Below, piece by piece: positions 1-10,749 of a stretch of 64,000 bases of DNA. Both the position numbers and the translations under genes were made by a program. The notes below the pieces were generated by a model that was not told the DNA's origin, did no database searches, and worked only from the letters and a program-made list of their open reading frames with translations. This DNA comes from an uncultured cyanobacterium (GTDB lineage: Bacteria > Cyanobacteriota > Cyanobacteriia > Cyanobacteriales > CAWCAG01). The stretch lies in the NCBI GenBank assembly GCA_963793425.1, contig CAWCAG010000005.1, positions 1,728,001 to 1,792,000 on the forward strand, given 5' to 3'. How positions within the stretch are numbered: position 1 is the first letter of the stretch; every line of letters begins with the position of its first letter.

Positions 1-2
1 AA

Positions 3-650
3 ATGAAGCACAATAAAACCACATCATCAGAGTCTAAGCTATCCCTTATTTGCGGCATTATTGGTATCTTCGGTTGTTTGAGTGTAGTTGTTGCTGACAT
101 AATTGGCATCATCTTGGTAGACAAACACAATCCAATCAGGGAAACAATTAGCGCCCTAGCCATTGAAAAATATGCTTGGGTTCAAGACACTGGCTTAGAC
201 CTCTATGCTATTGCTATGATAGCTTGTGCAATTGGGCTTTACAGGTGGAATTTAGGAGGAATAAAATGGAAAATCGGCAACATTCTACTAGGCTTACTTG
301 GTATTGATATTGTCCTAATTGCTGAACATAATCAGTATGCAGGTAGACCGGGAGTAGGGGCTGCTTTACATATCTATTTTGTCTATGCCCTTGCTGTGCT
401 GTTTGCACTTTTAACCTTACTTCTAGCCTTTGGATTGCGAAAACTCGGTGAAAAGTGGTATCGCTATAGTTTGGGTACTTCCTTAGTTTGGACAGTCTTA
501 TCTCCGATTTTCTTCTTTGTTCCTACCTCAATAGATGGCGCTTATGAGCGTTTCATCGCTATGATTACCATTGCTTGGGTAATAGCCGTATCTTGGCTAC
601 TAATTCAAAGAGGACGGGGAAAAGTAGCTGTCGCCCATAGAAAACTGTGA
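3..650 (+). CDS. DUF998-like integral membrane protein
   Basis: 215 aa with several hydrophobic helices and HNPIRETISALA and GAYER motifs resembling DUF998. Confidence 0.6.
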   Translation: MKHNKTTSSESKLSLICGIIGIFGCLSVVVADIIGIILVDKHNPIRETISALAIEKYAWVQDTGLDLYAIAMIACAIGLYRWNLGGIKWKIGNILLGLLGIDIVLIAEHNQYAGRPGVGAALHIYFVYALAVLFALLTLLLAFGLRKLGEKWYRYSLGTSLVWTVLSPIFFFVPTSIDGAYERFIAMITIAWVIAVSWLLIQRGRGKVAVAHRKL

Positions 651-1216
651 ATACTCCTAGCCACTACATAATCAATCTTGCCCTTTTAGGCAAAACTATT
701 TCTCCTCAAGAAAATATCGCCATTACGATTGGTGCAATTATTCCTGATGCACCGATTTTCCTTTTTTATTTTGTTGCTAAATTCATCCAAAAATTGCCAG
801 ATAGCCAAATTTGGTCAGAAGCTTATTATCAACCTTTTTGGCAAAATATAATTTCACTCTTTCACTCTTTTCCTATCGCCTTAATCGGCTTGCTAATTTG
901 CTTAACTTGCGGCTGGAAAACCGGAGCAATTTTCTTTGCTAGTATCTTTTTACATTGCCTTGCTGATATTCCTTTGCACAACGACGACGCACACCGTCAT
1001 TTTTTCCCTTTCAGTAATTATCGCTTCATCAGCCCGGTTTCCTATTGGGACCCCCAACATTATGGTAAAATTGCCGCTTTCGCAGAATTAACCTTAGTAC
1101 TCTTAGTCACCCCTTTCGTCTTAACAATTCTCCACTCCTTACCCGCTAAAGTCATCCTAATTATCTTAGATGTGTTAGCGGCAATCGCCTATTTACGCTT
1201 CTACGTTTTCCCCTAA
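647..1216 (+). CDS. Membrane-bound metal-dependent hydrolase-like protein
   Basis: MNTPSH, IIPD, FHS and LHCLADIPLH His/Asp motifs; 4-bp overlap with the upstream gene. Confidence 0.55.
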   Translation: MNTPSHYIINLALLGKTISPQENIAITIGAIIPDAPIFLFYFVAKFIQKLPDSQIWSEAYYQPFWQNIISLFHSFPIALIGLLICLTCGWKTGAIFFASIFLHCLADIPLHNDDAHRHFFPFSNYRFISPVSYWDPQHYGKIAAFAELTLVLLVTPFVLTILHSLPAKVILIILDVLAAIAYLRFYVFP

Positions 1217-1244
1217 AAAAAAGGACAGGTAATTAACCTGCCCT
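1215..1244 (-). terminator. Intrinsic terminator of the petCA operon
   Basis: Minus strand AGGGCAGGT-loop-ACCTGTCCT followed by a T run, just after the petA stop. Confidence 0.65.
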
Positions 1245-1270
1245 CAATAAGCTTTTTGAAAAAGAATGAA

Positions 1271-2263
1271 CTAGAAATTCATTTCCGCTGCTTGAACTCT
1301 TTCGATTTGTTTCTTCTTAATAACCAAGAAGATTTGGGTTAACATAATACCACCGAAGAAAAGCATTAACCATTTAATACGAGTAGGATCTTGTAAGACA
1401 ATTTCGCTATCTTCTTGACCAAAACCACCCACATTAGGATTAGTAGTTAAAGCTTCTCCTGCTGCTACTTCCTGACCTTCAGCCACAATTAATTCTGGCC
1501 CAACAGGAATAGTTTCTACCACAGTTTCGCCATCAGGAGTTTCAACACTAACTTGATAGCCAGTCCCTTCCTCTTTAGCGATTTGAGAAATTGTACCTGC
1601 TTGAGAAGACTTATAGACGCTATTGTTGCTAGCATCGCCAGTGGGGTAAATTTGACCTCTACCACGATTTGCTCCTAAGTGGACAGAATATTTGCCAAAA
1701 TGAATATTCTTATCCTGGGCAGGATCAGGAGAAAGAACAGGGAAGACAACTTCTTGATGTTCTTCACCAGGTAAAGGCCCCACTAAAACCCAATTTTCTT
1801 GTTCTGAGTTATAGGTTTGATAATAAACTCCACTAGTTTTTTCTTGGAGTTCTTCAGATAGTCTTTCTGGAGGAGCAATTTTGAAGCCGTCAGGCAACAT
1901 CAAAACCGCACCCACATTCAAACCACCTTTAGACCCATCTCCCAAAACTTGTTGGGAACTGAGGTCATAAGGAATTTTGACTACTGCTTCAAATACAGTG
2001 TTTGGGGCCACTGCAAGGGGAAGTTCAACCTCTGCCTCTTTTTCTGCCAAATGACAGTTGGCACAAACAATTCTCCCGGTGGCTTCACGGGGAGTTTCTG
2101 GGGCGGTTTGCTGCGCCCAAAAAGGATAAGCTGCTGCTGAGTCGGGGTAAGCAAAAATACCAGTGAACAATAAAGCAAAAGCTGCAACAGCTAAAATTGT
2201 TCTGATTATGGACTGCTTACCAGTTCGCCAAATTACTGATAATGAAGGTGTTCTCATCTGCAA
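1271..2263 (-). CDS. petA: Apocytochrome f
   Basis: Signal peptide, then YPFWAQQ and the CANCH heme motif; C-terminal KKKQIERVQAAEMNF. Confidence 0.98.
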   Translation of the reverse strand: MQMRTPSLSVIWRTGKQSIIRTILAVAAFALLFTGIFAYPDSAAAYPFWAQQTAPETPREATGRIVCANCHLAEKEAEVELPLAVAPNTVFEAVVKIPYDLSSQQVLGDGSKGGLNVGAVLMLPDGFKIAPPERLSEELQEKTSGVYYQTYNSEQENWVLVGPLPGEEHQEVVFPVLSPDPAQDKNIHFGKYSVHLGANRGRGQIYPTGDASNNSVYKSSQAGTISQIAKEEGTGYQVSVETPDGETVVETIPVGPELIVAEGQEVAAGEALTTNPNVGGFGQEDSEIVLQDPTRIKWLMLFFGGIMLTQIFLVIKKKQIERVQAAEMNF

Positions 2264-2356
2264 GCAAAAAAAATCAAGAGTTAGAAAAATTAGTCAATTT
2301 TAAAAATTAATTTCAGCGATCTTATGACTAGCGATCGCAATTTTATGAGGATGATT

Positions 2357-2899
2357 TTAGGACCACCAAGGTTTCTTACCAGTACGGAAATCCTCTTCTT
2401 TCCAAGGGCTAAAGACAACTTTGTCGTCTTCAGTAACATCAGCATGGGCTAAAGCTAAGGATAAGGGGGCAGGGCCTCTAACCACTTTACCTTCAGCATT
2501 GTATTGAGAACCGTGACAAGGACAAATAAACTTGCCTTCATTACCATTCCAAGGCACAACACAACCAAGGTGAGTACAAACAGCACTAATGCCATAGTTA
2601 GTGATTGTGTTGTCTTCGCTAATCACAATGTAAGTAGGATCACCCTTTAATCCTTGGGCTAATTCCCTTTCACCAGGATTGTGGGTAGCAAGGAATTCAC
2701 TAGCAGAAACATCATCACCTACAGCGTCCTTCGCTGTAACACCGCCCCCAGCACTACCGCTTGCTGGGGGAGTAAAATATTTCACTACAGGATAAAGCGC
2801 ACCTAAAGCTACGCCTGTGGCTGACCCGAAAGTCAGAAGATTCATAAATTGCCTACGTCCCATGCCAGGGACATCGGAGGAACCAGAAAGTTGAGCCAT
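2357..2899 (-). CDS. petC: Cytochrome b6f Rieske Fe-S subunit
   Basis: Tat motif GRRQFM, CTHLGC and CPCHGS boxes; directly upstream of petA. Confidence 0.98.
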   Translation of the reverse strand: MAQLSGSSDVPGMGRRQFMNLLTFGSATGVALGALYPVVKYFTPPASGSAGGGVTAKDAVGDDVSASEFLATHNPGERELAQGLKGDPTYIVISEDNTITNYGISAVCTHLGCVVPWNGNEGKFICPCHGSQYNAEGKVVRGPAPLSLALAHADVTEDDKVVFSPWKEEDFRTGKKPWWS

Positions 2900-3145
2900 A
2901 ACTAAACTATAAACTATATACTTATGTAAAGAATTCTGAGTTGAGCCTCAAATATTCTTAATTTTCCTTTAACGACAAATGTACAACTAGCAAGGATCTA
3001 GCAGGATTATGATAATCTTTGTCTTTAAAAAGGTTTACATCTTCTGTATTAGATTATTACAGAAAAGTTGCCTAGATGTACTGATTAATTGAGGAATTAG
3101 CCCTTAATTTAAAGATTTAAGGAAGAATAATGAATTTACTATCAA

Positions 3146-3219
3146 CGGGTACGGTAGGACTCGAACCTACGGCAAACGGATTAGAAATCCGCTACTCTAT
3201 CCACCTGAGTTACGCACCC
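3146..3219 (-). tRNA. tRNA-Arg(TCT)
   Basis: Reverse complement folds as a cloverleaf: GGGTGCG/CGTACCC acceptor stem, GCGGA-TT-TCT-AA-TCCGT anticodon arm, GGTTCGAGTCC T-arm. Confidence 0.93.
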
Positions 3220-3522
3220 AAAGCTTTGCTTATCCCCATCAGGCATTGTATCTGTGTAGAGCAGGATAAAGCAATAGTTTCACAATTATAGTTTTAGTTT
3301 TCTCCTTTATTCTCTTCAGCTTGCCTAATGTCAAGTTAAACTAAAAACCAAACCATAACAGTTGCTTAGATAGTATAGGTTATAACATAGGGCTTGAAAC
3401 TGCTAGATTAACAATCCCAGCAGTCACGCTATGACATTTAAAAACAGAGGGTAGGTTGGTTAACTTAAACTAGGTTATCCCCTTAACCCTGTCGATCCTG
3501 TCAGGAGTCATTTGCTAGTATC

Positions 3523-4185
3523 ATGTTTATTCTTAAAAGGCAGGATGTTGAAATCTCTAGCATTCAGCACCCCAAGCGAGATCAGCAAATTCCCATTCTT
3601 AATTATCAGGGACAAACATTTCGTTTGATTAAAGCTTTCCCCGCTAGTCAAGCTGAAGAAGCGAAAAACTTCTGGCGTGACCTCACAGATAATCAAGGCA
3701 AATTCTGTGTTTTGCTTGAAGAACCAGAACGCCATAGCATCTGGGGTAAAGTTAACTTAGAGCAGTTGGGAGATGATGCTGGTGGTGCAGGGAAAGTAGT
3801 TATTCCCTTCACTCAAGCTTGTCTGCTTTTACTGCAAACTGTTTATATTGATGTTGAAGATTTGTTAGGAGGGAGACAAGCAAAACTGTTTCAGCAGGAT
3901 CTTGCCAGTGTCTTTCAACAGTGGAAATTTCCTCAAGCTGATTCTCCTAAAGCGGTAAACGACCTCTTAACGATTGATCCTTTAACCAATCTCCCCATAC
4001 CTCCTTGGGAAGAACATCACTTAATCACTCTTTTACAAGAACTTCATCGTTTAGGTAAAGAATATTTCGGTAACGATAATTTTGCTGAAGGAGTGGCAGA
4101 AATCCTAGAAGATATGCCAGATAATGAACAAACCCAGTTTATTAATTGGCTCAATCAATCCCCCCTAGGCAAACTGTGGCAATAA
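3523..4185 (+). CDS. Conserved cyanobacterial hypothetical protein
   Basis: 220-aa ORF whose N-terminus MFILKRQDVEI resembles a conserved cyanobacterial family; function not recognised. Confidence 0.7.
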   Translation: MFILKRQDVEISSIQHPKRDQQIPILNYQGQTFRLIKAFPASQAEEAKNFWRDLTDNQGKFCVLLEEPERHSIWGKVNLEQLGDDAGGAGKVVIPFTQACLLLLQTVYIDVEDLLGGRQAKLFQQDLASVFQQWKFPQADSPKAVNDLLTIDPLTNLPIPPWEEHHLITLLQELHRLGKEYFGNDNFAEGVAEILEDMPDNEQTQFINWLNQSPLGKLWQ

Positions 4186-4228
4186 TCAAACCTAGCTTTT
4201 TCCTTAATGTGCATCTTTGTGAAGTCTT

Positions 4229-5275
4229 ATGAGACGCTCTGCCAAAAAAACATCGGGGTTACAAGAACTCGCGAGCGGCCAGAATATAGTTTATGCGGGT
4301 ATTGCCTGGGCCATTTTTTCTTTATTGTTCTTTTTATTGTTTAGCACTCCCATTCCTGAGCAAGATAATCCTTTTTGGTATTTGTTTGGTACATACATTT
4401 TAGAATGTGTACCTTTTTTAGCTGCGGCCTTACTATGTTTTCGTAATTGGCGCAGTCCGCAAATTGCCAGTGGTAGAAATGTCTGGTTAGGCATAGGCTT
4501 AGCTATGGCTTGTTATTTAGTAGGGAACTTGCTCTTTGGCTGGTGGGAATTACACTGGAATCTTGATCCCGACGTTTCTCCTGCCGATTTGTTCTATATA
4601 GCTTTTTACCTCTTCATTAGTTGGGGTATGATTTTAGCTGTACTACCTCGGCGCTTAAACTTAGAAAAGTGGCAGTGGCTAACTGTAGGAGGAATTGCGG
4701 TGGTAGGTATCGCTTTTGCTGCTTTGGTTAGTTGGGATGCCCCAGCAGAAGCCACTGAGGTACATGGCTGGAGTGGTAAGGCAACCACACAATTAGTTGC
4801 ACAAGCTCAACAACCGGCCCCCTCTCCTAGTGTTTCTCCCCCTTCTCCGGCAACTCCAGCTACACCTACGGCTTCTCCTACACCAGTTATCGAGGAGGAA
4901 GCCGAGTCGGCAACCAGCGCCCCTGTTTGGGTTCAATCCCTTAATGACTCCTTAGAAAAATTATCCAAGCCAGTAAATTTATTTTATGTAGTGGCAGATG
5001 TATTTTTGTTGATTGTTGCTACGACTTTACTACTAGCTTTTTGGGGTGGTCGTTTCTCCCAGTCTTGGCGCACCATTGCAGCAGCAACTTTAGCTTTATA
5101 CATAGCTGATATGTGGTTTAAATATACTGCCACCCTACCCGATTATGAAAGTGGCAGTCTACTAGAGGTGTTTTATGTCTTTAGTGCTGTATTATTTGCT
5201 ATCGGAGCGGCCCTAGAATATGATATATCGAGCCGTTCTCGTCGGGGTGGTCGAGGTAGGCGCAAACGGGGCTAA
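4229..5275 (+). CDS. Multi-pass membrane protein with a Pro/Thr-rich loop
   Basis: About 8 hydrophobic segments, SPADLFY motif, basic C-terminal tail. Confidence 0.65.
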   Translation: MRRSAKKTSGLQELASGQNIVYAGIAWAIFSLLFFLLFSTPIPEQDNPFWYLFGTYILECVPFLAAALLCFRNWRSPQIASGRNVWLGIGLAMACYLVGNLLFGWWELHWNLDPDVSPADLFYIAFYLFISWGMILAVLPRRLNLEKWQWLTVGGIAVVGIAFAALVSWDAPAEATEVHGWSGKATTQLVAQAQQPAPSPSVSPPSPATPATPTASPTPVIEEEAESATSAPVWVQSLNDSLEKLSKPVNLFYVVADVFLLIVATTLLLAFWGGRFSQSWRTIAAATLALYIADMWFKYTATLPDYESGSLLEVFYVFSAVLFAIGAALEYDISSRSRRGGRGRRKRG

Positions 5276-5286
5276 GTGGAGATAGC

Positions 5287-6237
5287 ATGAGTCCAAGAAA
5301 ACTTACTGACACTAACAGAAACGAAATTCTCGACTTATATCGAGATACAGGAGAGACGACTTCAACCTTAGCGGAGCGCTATGGTGTAAGTAGTTCAACC
5401 ATTAGCCGTTTTCTTAAAAGTAGGCTATCAGAGTCTGAATATGAAGAGTTGATTCAGCAAAAACGCCTGAGTCGAACTCCTGGCCGAGATACTGATTCTC
5501 CCAAAACTAACGAGGAAGAAAAACCGTCCCAACTAGATAATGATGTTCCTGAAACAAATGATGAGGAAGAAAAACCACTTCAAGTCGAAAAGCTGAAGCT
5601 GAAACCTAAGCAGGAGCCTATATTAGCAGAAGAAAAAACCTCTGAAGAAAAAACGACTAGTTCTCCTCGCCGTCGGCGACGACGCTCTTCTGTAGAAGAA
5701 GAACAACCAACTCCCCAAACCCAGCTTAAATTACCTGTCTTTACTGAGGATGAAGATGAGGAAGATGAAGATGAAGATGAGGACAATAATGATGATTTAG
5801 CTGTTCTCGAAGAAATGTTGGGTGAAGACATCTCTGACGATGATGATGATGATTGGGATGAGGACGATGAAGACGATGAAGATAGCGCAGATGATAAGGC
5901 TGTTTATCAACTTCGCCCTCGTTCAACGGAGGTTAGCATATTTCCTATTTCCGAAGCTGCTTTACCAAAAACCTGTTATGTGGTTATAGATAGGGCGGCG
6001 GAATTAATTACTCGTCCTCTCAAAGAATTTAGGGATCTTGGTCAAATTCCTAAAGAGGAAGTACAACAAAGGACTTTACCTGTTTTTGATAATCACCGAG
6101 TGGCAAGGCGTTTTTCCAATCGCTCTCAACGGGTAATTAAAGTTCCCGATGGTGCTATGTTGCAAAAAACCAGTTCCTATTTACAAGCTAAAGGTATTAA
6201 TTTATTGCTTATTGATGGTCAGGTTTATAAAGTTTGA
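5287..6237 (+). CDS. HTH-domain protein with acidic linker
   Basis: N-terminal HTH (LAERYGVSSSTISRFL), D/E-rich centre, globular C-terminal domain. Confidence 0.65.
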   Translation: MSPRKLTDTNRNEILDLYRDTGETTSTLAERYGVSSSTISRFLKSRLSESEYEELIQQKRLSRTPGRDTDSPKTNEEEKPSQLDNDVPETNDEEEKPLQVEKLKLKPKQEPILAEEKTSEEKTTSSPRRRRRRSSVEEEQPTPQTQLKLPVFTEDEDEEDEDEDEDNNDDLAVLEEMLGEDISDDDDDDWDEDDEDDEDSADDKAVYQLRPRSTEVSIFPISEAALPKTCYVVIDRAAELITRPLKEFRDLGQIPKEEVQQRTLPVFDNHRVARRFSNRSQRVIKVPDGAMLQKTSSYLQAKGINLLLIDGQVYKV

Positions 6238-6611
6238 GCGAGAGGGAAAAAGCACAGACATTGACAAATGTTGAATGTCAAATGCTAAATGCTGAAGGTT
6301 ATGGTCTTGTGTTGGTAACAGCTTCTAGCCAGGAAGAAGCTGATGCCATTGCTACCTCTCTGGTTGCTAATAAGTTAGCTGCCTGCGTAAGTATAGCTCC
6401 GATTCGCTCCCTCTATATCTGGCAAGGGGAAGTTCATAATGAGCAGGAATGGCAATTAACGATTAAAACCCATTTACGGAAGTTTAAGGAAATAGAAGAA
6501 CAGGTTCGTACTATCCATTCCTACGAAGTTCCAGAAATAATTGCTATACCAATTGTGGCAGGTTCCCAACCTTACTTAAATTGGCTTGCAGAACAAACCG
6601 AATCTAACTAA
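6234..6611 (+). CDS. cutA: Divalent-cation tolerance protein CutA (true start probably a few codons downstream)
   Basis: KLAACV, SLYIWQG and HSYEVPEII motifs. Confidence 0.92.
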   Translation: MSEREKAQTLTNVECQMLNAEGYGLVLVTASSQEEADAIATSLVANKLAACVSIAPIRSLYIWQGEVHNEQEWQLTIKTHLRKFKEIEEQVRTIHSYEVPEIIAIPIVAGSQPYLNWLAEQTESN

Positions 6612-6635
6612 TTTTTCCTAGAATCCAAGCTTATA

Positions 6636-7013
6636 CTAACTGGTTCTTCTTTTTAATAGTCCTTGTAATAGTATGGGAGGGGGAGATTGGGTAGTGAAGT
6701 GGTAACTGGCGTGGGCCCCGTTGGGGTAGAGGAAAGTACAAATTACTGAAACTTCAGGATTGTATTTAATTAGCAATTCTTGTAAACCAGCTTCTTTCCA
6801 GTCGCTAATGGTTAAGGGGATGGTAGTCATCGTCTTAAATTTGAGTTGCCAGTTTTCTAAGGTTTCAAGATTTTGCTCCAATTGCCTCAGAATAATCAGA
6901 GTGCCTTTTTCTTTTGCTTCGGTGTAACCTTGATAGGCGATCGCACCGAAATAATCTGCATGGGCTTCGATGACCTTGATTTGTTGTTCTTTTGACTCTA
7001 ATGGCGTAGGCAT
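6636..7013 (-). CDS. Hypothetical protein
   Basis: 125-aa ORF with ATG start, downstream of thiO on the same strand. Confidence 0.55.
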   Translation of the reverse strand: MPTPLESKEQQIKVIEAHADYFGAIAYQGYTEAKEKGTLIILRQLEQNLETLENWQLKFKTMTTIPLTISDWKEAGLQELLIKYNPEVSVICTFLYPNGAHASYHFTTQSPPPILLQGLLKRRTS

Positions 7014-7082
7014 AATCTCGTGTATTCGGTGGATGTTGAAAAAAATTCCTCTGGAGGATGACTTTTCTCTCCATCATAGGAA

Positions 7083-8210
7083 TTAGGGAAAATCCACGCA
7101 ATCCCCAATTTCAAAACGATCCCAACGGAAGTTAGTTAGTAAAGGGTCAATTTTTTGCTCCCAAACCAAGTCAGCTATTAAACTTGCTGTAATAGGGGCA
7201 AGGAGAATACCATTGCGGTAATGTCCTGTAGCTAGGGTAAGATTCGGCCAGGGGCTAGTACCTAAAATAGGCAATTCGTCAGGGGTGGCAGGGCGATATC
7301 CCCACCAAAATTCTTGGATAGGGAAATTTTCTAGGGGGGGATAAAGGCGAATGGCTTGGGTAAGTAATTGTTGGATTCCTGATGGGGTGTTGTGAGGAGT
7401 AAAACCGACATTTTCTGAGGTGGCTCCAATGACAATTAAACCATCTCGCCGAGGGACGATATAAATTTGCTGCCCAAATAGTACTTGTTTGAGGGGGAGT
7501 TTTTCTTTTCCTGGGGGAACTTTAACCGAAAGCATTTGCCCTTTTTTAGGATAAATGGGCATGGGTAAAAGTTGTTGACTCCAAGCCCCTGTAGCGAGGA
7601 TATAATGTGAACCTTGAATCAAACCTTGGTTGGTTTTTAGGGCCACAACTTCTTTGCGGGGAGAGTTGAGAATTTCTTTAACTTCGACTCCTTCGTGCCA
7701 GTTAATCCCTAATTCTTGAGCCGCAACTCTTAGTACTTTCATTAAGGCACGACGATTATCAACCTGTCCATTTTGGGGATACCACCAACCCCCGACTACA
7801 TCTGCCCCTAAGTTGGGTTGGTGTTGACTAATTGCTTCTTGATTGAGCCATTGGCGAGAGGAAGAATCTGTTTGGAGGGTATTAACAGGCGAGTCTTCTT
7901 GATAAATAGGAGCGAGAATACCGCAATTCCAGTAACCTGTATCCAATCCGGTAATACTTTCTAACTTTCTTGTCCAATCTTTGTACATAGAAAGACTGGA
8001 ATCGCACAACTCTAACATCGGGCTAGGGGGGATTTGTTCCGCTTGGGGGGCTAGCATTCCCGCCGCAACATGACCTGTGGCTTCTTGGAAGCTGCGACTA
8101 AGGACTGTGACACCAACACCCCGCAATTTTAGTTCAATGGCGATAGAAAGCCCAATAACGCCGCCACCGACAATAATTACCTCACCCCTAGAGCTAATAC
8201 CCTTTACCAT
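7083..8210 (-). CDS. thiO: Glycine oxidase (thiamine biosynthesis)
   Basis: GGGVIG FAD motif, AAGML, GYRP and GHYRNGILLAP. Confidence 0.9.
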   Translation of the reverse strand: MVKGISSRGEVIIVGGGVIGLSIAIELKLRGVGVTVLSRSFQEATGHVAAGMLAPQAEQIPPSPMLELCDSSLSMYKDWTRKLESITGLDTGYWNCGILAPIYQEDSPVNTLQTDSSSRQWLNQEAISQHQPNLGADVVGGWWYPQNGQVDNRRALMKVLRVAAQELGINWHEGVEVKEILNSPRKEVVALKTNQGLIQGSHYILATGAWSQQLLPMPIYPKKGQMLSVKVPPGKEKLPLKQVLFGQQIYIVPRRDGLIVIGATSENVGFTPHNTPSGIQQLLTQAIRLYPPLENFPIQEFWWGYRPATPDELPILGTSPWPNLTLATGHYRNGILLAPITASLIADLVWEQKIDPLLTNFRWDRFEIGDCVDFP

Positions 8211-8341
8211 TGCTCACCAGTTATACGTAAAGATAATAGTAATCAATTGTAAGGTGCTTTGAGAATAAACAAGGTTAGGATTTTGTTCTCCTTTTTCTAC
8301 TCCTTTGGGCATACTTGACTGCCTCTTGCTACTACCTTTAC

Positions 8342-8494
8342 TTATTCTTTTCCACCTTTAACCTCATCGTTTCTCTGTTTGTGCTTTTTTACTCCTTGTT
8401 TTTTCTCTTCATGAATAATCCAGGTTAACTGGCTGCAACTAGATAAAAACACAACAAGAATGCTAGAAATAGTCAAGCATTTACCAGGTTTCAT
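8342..8494 (-). CDS. Possible small lipoprotein (about 50 aa)
   Basis: Internal ATG gives MKPGKCLTISSILVVFLSSC, a lipobox-like LSSC followed by a basic tail. Confidence 0.3.
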   Translation of the reverse strand: MKPGKCLTISSILVVFLSSCSQLTWIIHEEKKQGVKKHKQRNDEVKGGKE

Positions 8495-8597
8495 CACAGG
8501 GCTGATAGGAGCAAAGTATTTTTGTGCTTTTAAGGTTGCGTAGGCAAAGCCCATTGTGGGTATCGCACTCTTCTTAATGTTTACACCAAGCATGGGT

Positions 8598-8946
8598 TTA
8601 TAAACCATTTTTAGAAGAGTCACGTGCTAATTTAGCCAGTAATTTTCTACGGTTGTTGATAGCTAGTTCAAAGTCAGGCTCAATCTCTAATGCTTTTTCA
8701 TAGGATTTTAATGCTTCATCAAATCGTTCTAGTTTTTCTAGTGTCCAACCTCGACTATTCCAAGCTTCATAAAAATCAGTTTTAATCTCTACAGCTTTGT
8801 TCAAGGAAGCTAACGCCTCTGAGTATTTCCCTGACCTGAATAACGTCAAGCCACGATTATACCAAGCAGCATAAAAATCAGGTTTAATCTCTAAAGCTTT
8901 GTCATAAGAAGCTAATGCCTCATTATACTTCTTAAACCTGAATAAC
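8598..8946 (-). pseudogene. C-terminal TPR-repeat fragment lacking its own 5' end
   Basis: Frame reads LFRFKKYNEALASYDKALEIKPDFYAAWYNRGLTLFRSGKY..., 34-aa TPR units that begin exactly at the kinase break point. Confidence 0.75.
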
Positions 8947-9348
8947 TGGAGGTTGTTGCCCGTGTAAATAAACTAAAATTTCCAGCAATGCCTTAGCCAG
9001 TTGCTGCACTTCTTCCTCACTAAAAGTTCTGCCACTTTTCAAGCATTCTTGTAAAGATTTAGCTGGTATATAACTTTGCACCAAAGCAAAGCCTTTACCT
9101 ATTGATGTATCGATGTCAAAGTAATCTAAGTATTGAGGAATAGCTGGATGGGAAAGGCGTTGTAAAGTTTTGGCTTCTCTTTCAAAAAGCTTCCAATCTT
9201 CCCATTGACAATCTTCGCCAAAAGTTAGTAATTTAATCACTACTAATTCTTTAGTTTCTAAATCATGTGTTAAAAATGTACGCCTTCCAGAATTTTTAGC
9301 TATTTGTTTTTTAATAACATAACGTTCCTTTAGAACCCGCCGCGTCAT
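8932..9348 (-). pseudogene. Truncated Ser/Thr protein kinase (stops just before HRD)
   Basis: Paralogous to the N-terminal part of 9376-10749; ends PPVIQV* where the paralog reads PPVIHRDIKP. Confidence 0.85.
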
Positions 9349-9375
9349 TTTCGATGCTCCTCTTAATCACAATTA

Positions 9376-10749
9376 TTATTGTGTAATTGGTAAATCTAAG
9401 CATTCACTAAGTTCATTAGCAATCCAATTAACTTCCCTCTCACGAAGGTGTAAAGTAGGAATTTTTAATAAATGTAGCCCTGCCCAAATCTTAATATTGC
9501 AACGGTTATATGATCTACGTTTAGATTGCATCCAATATTTAGAAATTTCTAATTTATCAATAGCTTTCCTTGGGATAGGAAACTTGTTATTAAGCTGGAT
9601 TTTTTGTCTATCAATTCGTAATCGGGTGTATTTTGGAAAACAATCAATTACTGTTTTTCCTATCAGTAAAAAGCAACTTAATAACAAGACACCAAATATT
9701 CCCATAAATAAACTAGCAAAAAATTCTTCAATAGTAAAAAAAGCGAAGATAATGGAGGCACTGATTATCAGAAAAATTGCAAAATGAGGGAAACATAGAA
9801 TACAAAAAATAATATATTCAATTAGTTTAAAAATATTACTGTTATTATTATAAGGAGAAACAATGATTTCCAAACAATTTCGACTTTTCTTTACTTGAAT
9901 TTTGTTGTTATATGGCTTGCTTGGCAATAAAAGTGTTTCTTGACTATCTTCATGGTAAGAACTTTTCAAAATATCTAACGCTTCTTTAGCAGAACTTAAA
10001 CGCTTGTTTAAATCCGGTTCAATTAACAAGTTCAACCAATTAACAAAAGCTGTACTAAGATAAATTTTAGGTCTAAACTTAATACGTAAATCTTCCTGGG
10101 GTAACTCTGCTGGATGGGTTCTTGTTACTAAATAAACTAATGTTGCACCTAAACTATACAAATCTGAAGCCGGAACCGCCCGCCCACCAAATTGTTCCGG
10201 GGGCATATAGCCATAGGTTCCTACCACAGTAATTGTGCTACCTTCTGTGGCTGCCAAGGTTTGCACAGAACCAAAATCGACTAAGTAAACTTCTTCAATG
10301 CTATCTCCCAATAAAATATTACTGGGCTTAATATCCCGATGAATTACTGGGGGACTTTGTTGATGCAAATAAATCAAGATTTCTAGCAAAGATGTTGCTA
10401 ATTGCTGTATCTTTTCTTCATTAAAAATACGTCTCTCCTCTACCCATTCAGCTAAAGATTTCGCTGGTATATAACTTTGTACTAAAGCGAAGCCTTTAGT
10501 TTTACGGGTTTGAAACTCAAAGTAATCTAAGTAACGGGGAATAGCAGGATGAGAAAGAGATTGTAACGCTTCTGCTTCCCTCTCAAATAGCTTAAGATCC
10601 TGCCATTGCAAATCGGCATTAAAAGTGAGGATTTTGATAGCAACTAATTCTTGGGTTTGTAAATCCTTCGCCAACAAAGTGCGCCGCCCCGCATTTCTAC
10701 CAAGTTGCTTTTGGATAGCGTAACGTTCTTTTAAGACTTTATTGGTCAT
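9376..10749 (-). CDS. Hanks-type Ser/Thr protein kinase with C-terminal transmembrane segments
   Basis: VAIK, HRDIKPSN, DFG, GTYGYMPPE and DLYSLG motifs. Confidence 0.92.
   Translation of the reverse strand: MTNKVLKERYAIQKQLGRNAGRRTLLAKDLQTQELVAIKILTFNADLQWQDLKLFEREAEALQSLSHPAIPRYLDYFEFQTRKTKGFALVQSYIPAKSLAEWVEERRIFNEEKIQQLATSLLEILIYLHQQSPPVIHRDIKPSNILLGDSIEEVYLVDFGSVQTLAATEGSTITVVGTYGYMPPEQFGGRAVPASDLYSLGATLVYLVTRTHPAELPQEDLRIKFRPKIYLSTAFVNWLNLLIEPDLNKRLSSAKEALDILKSSYHEDSQETLLLPSKPYNNKIQVKKSRNCLEIIVSPYNNNSNIFKLIEYIIFCILCFPHFAIFLIISASIIFAFFTIEEFFASLFMGIFGVLLLSCFLLIGKTVIDCFPKYTRLRIDRQKIQLNNKFPIPRKAIDKLEISKYWMQSKRRSYNRCNIKIWAGLHLLKIPTLHLREREVNWIANELSECLDLPITQ

Noticed and set aside
3046..3061. 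NtcA site upstream of petC
   Set aside because: Spacing is GTA-N9-TAC rather than the canonical N8.
3146..3219. tRNA as an integration site for an island
   Set aside because: I found no duplicated tRNA 3' end and no integrase in the window.
5287..6237. HTH protein as a transposase
   Set aside because: No DDE or HUH catalytic motif and no terminal repeats; it sits in an operon-like run with cutA.
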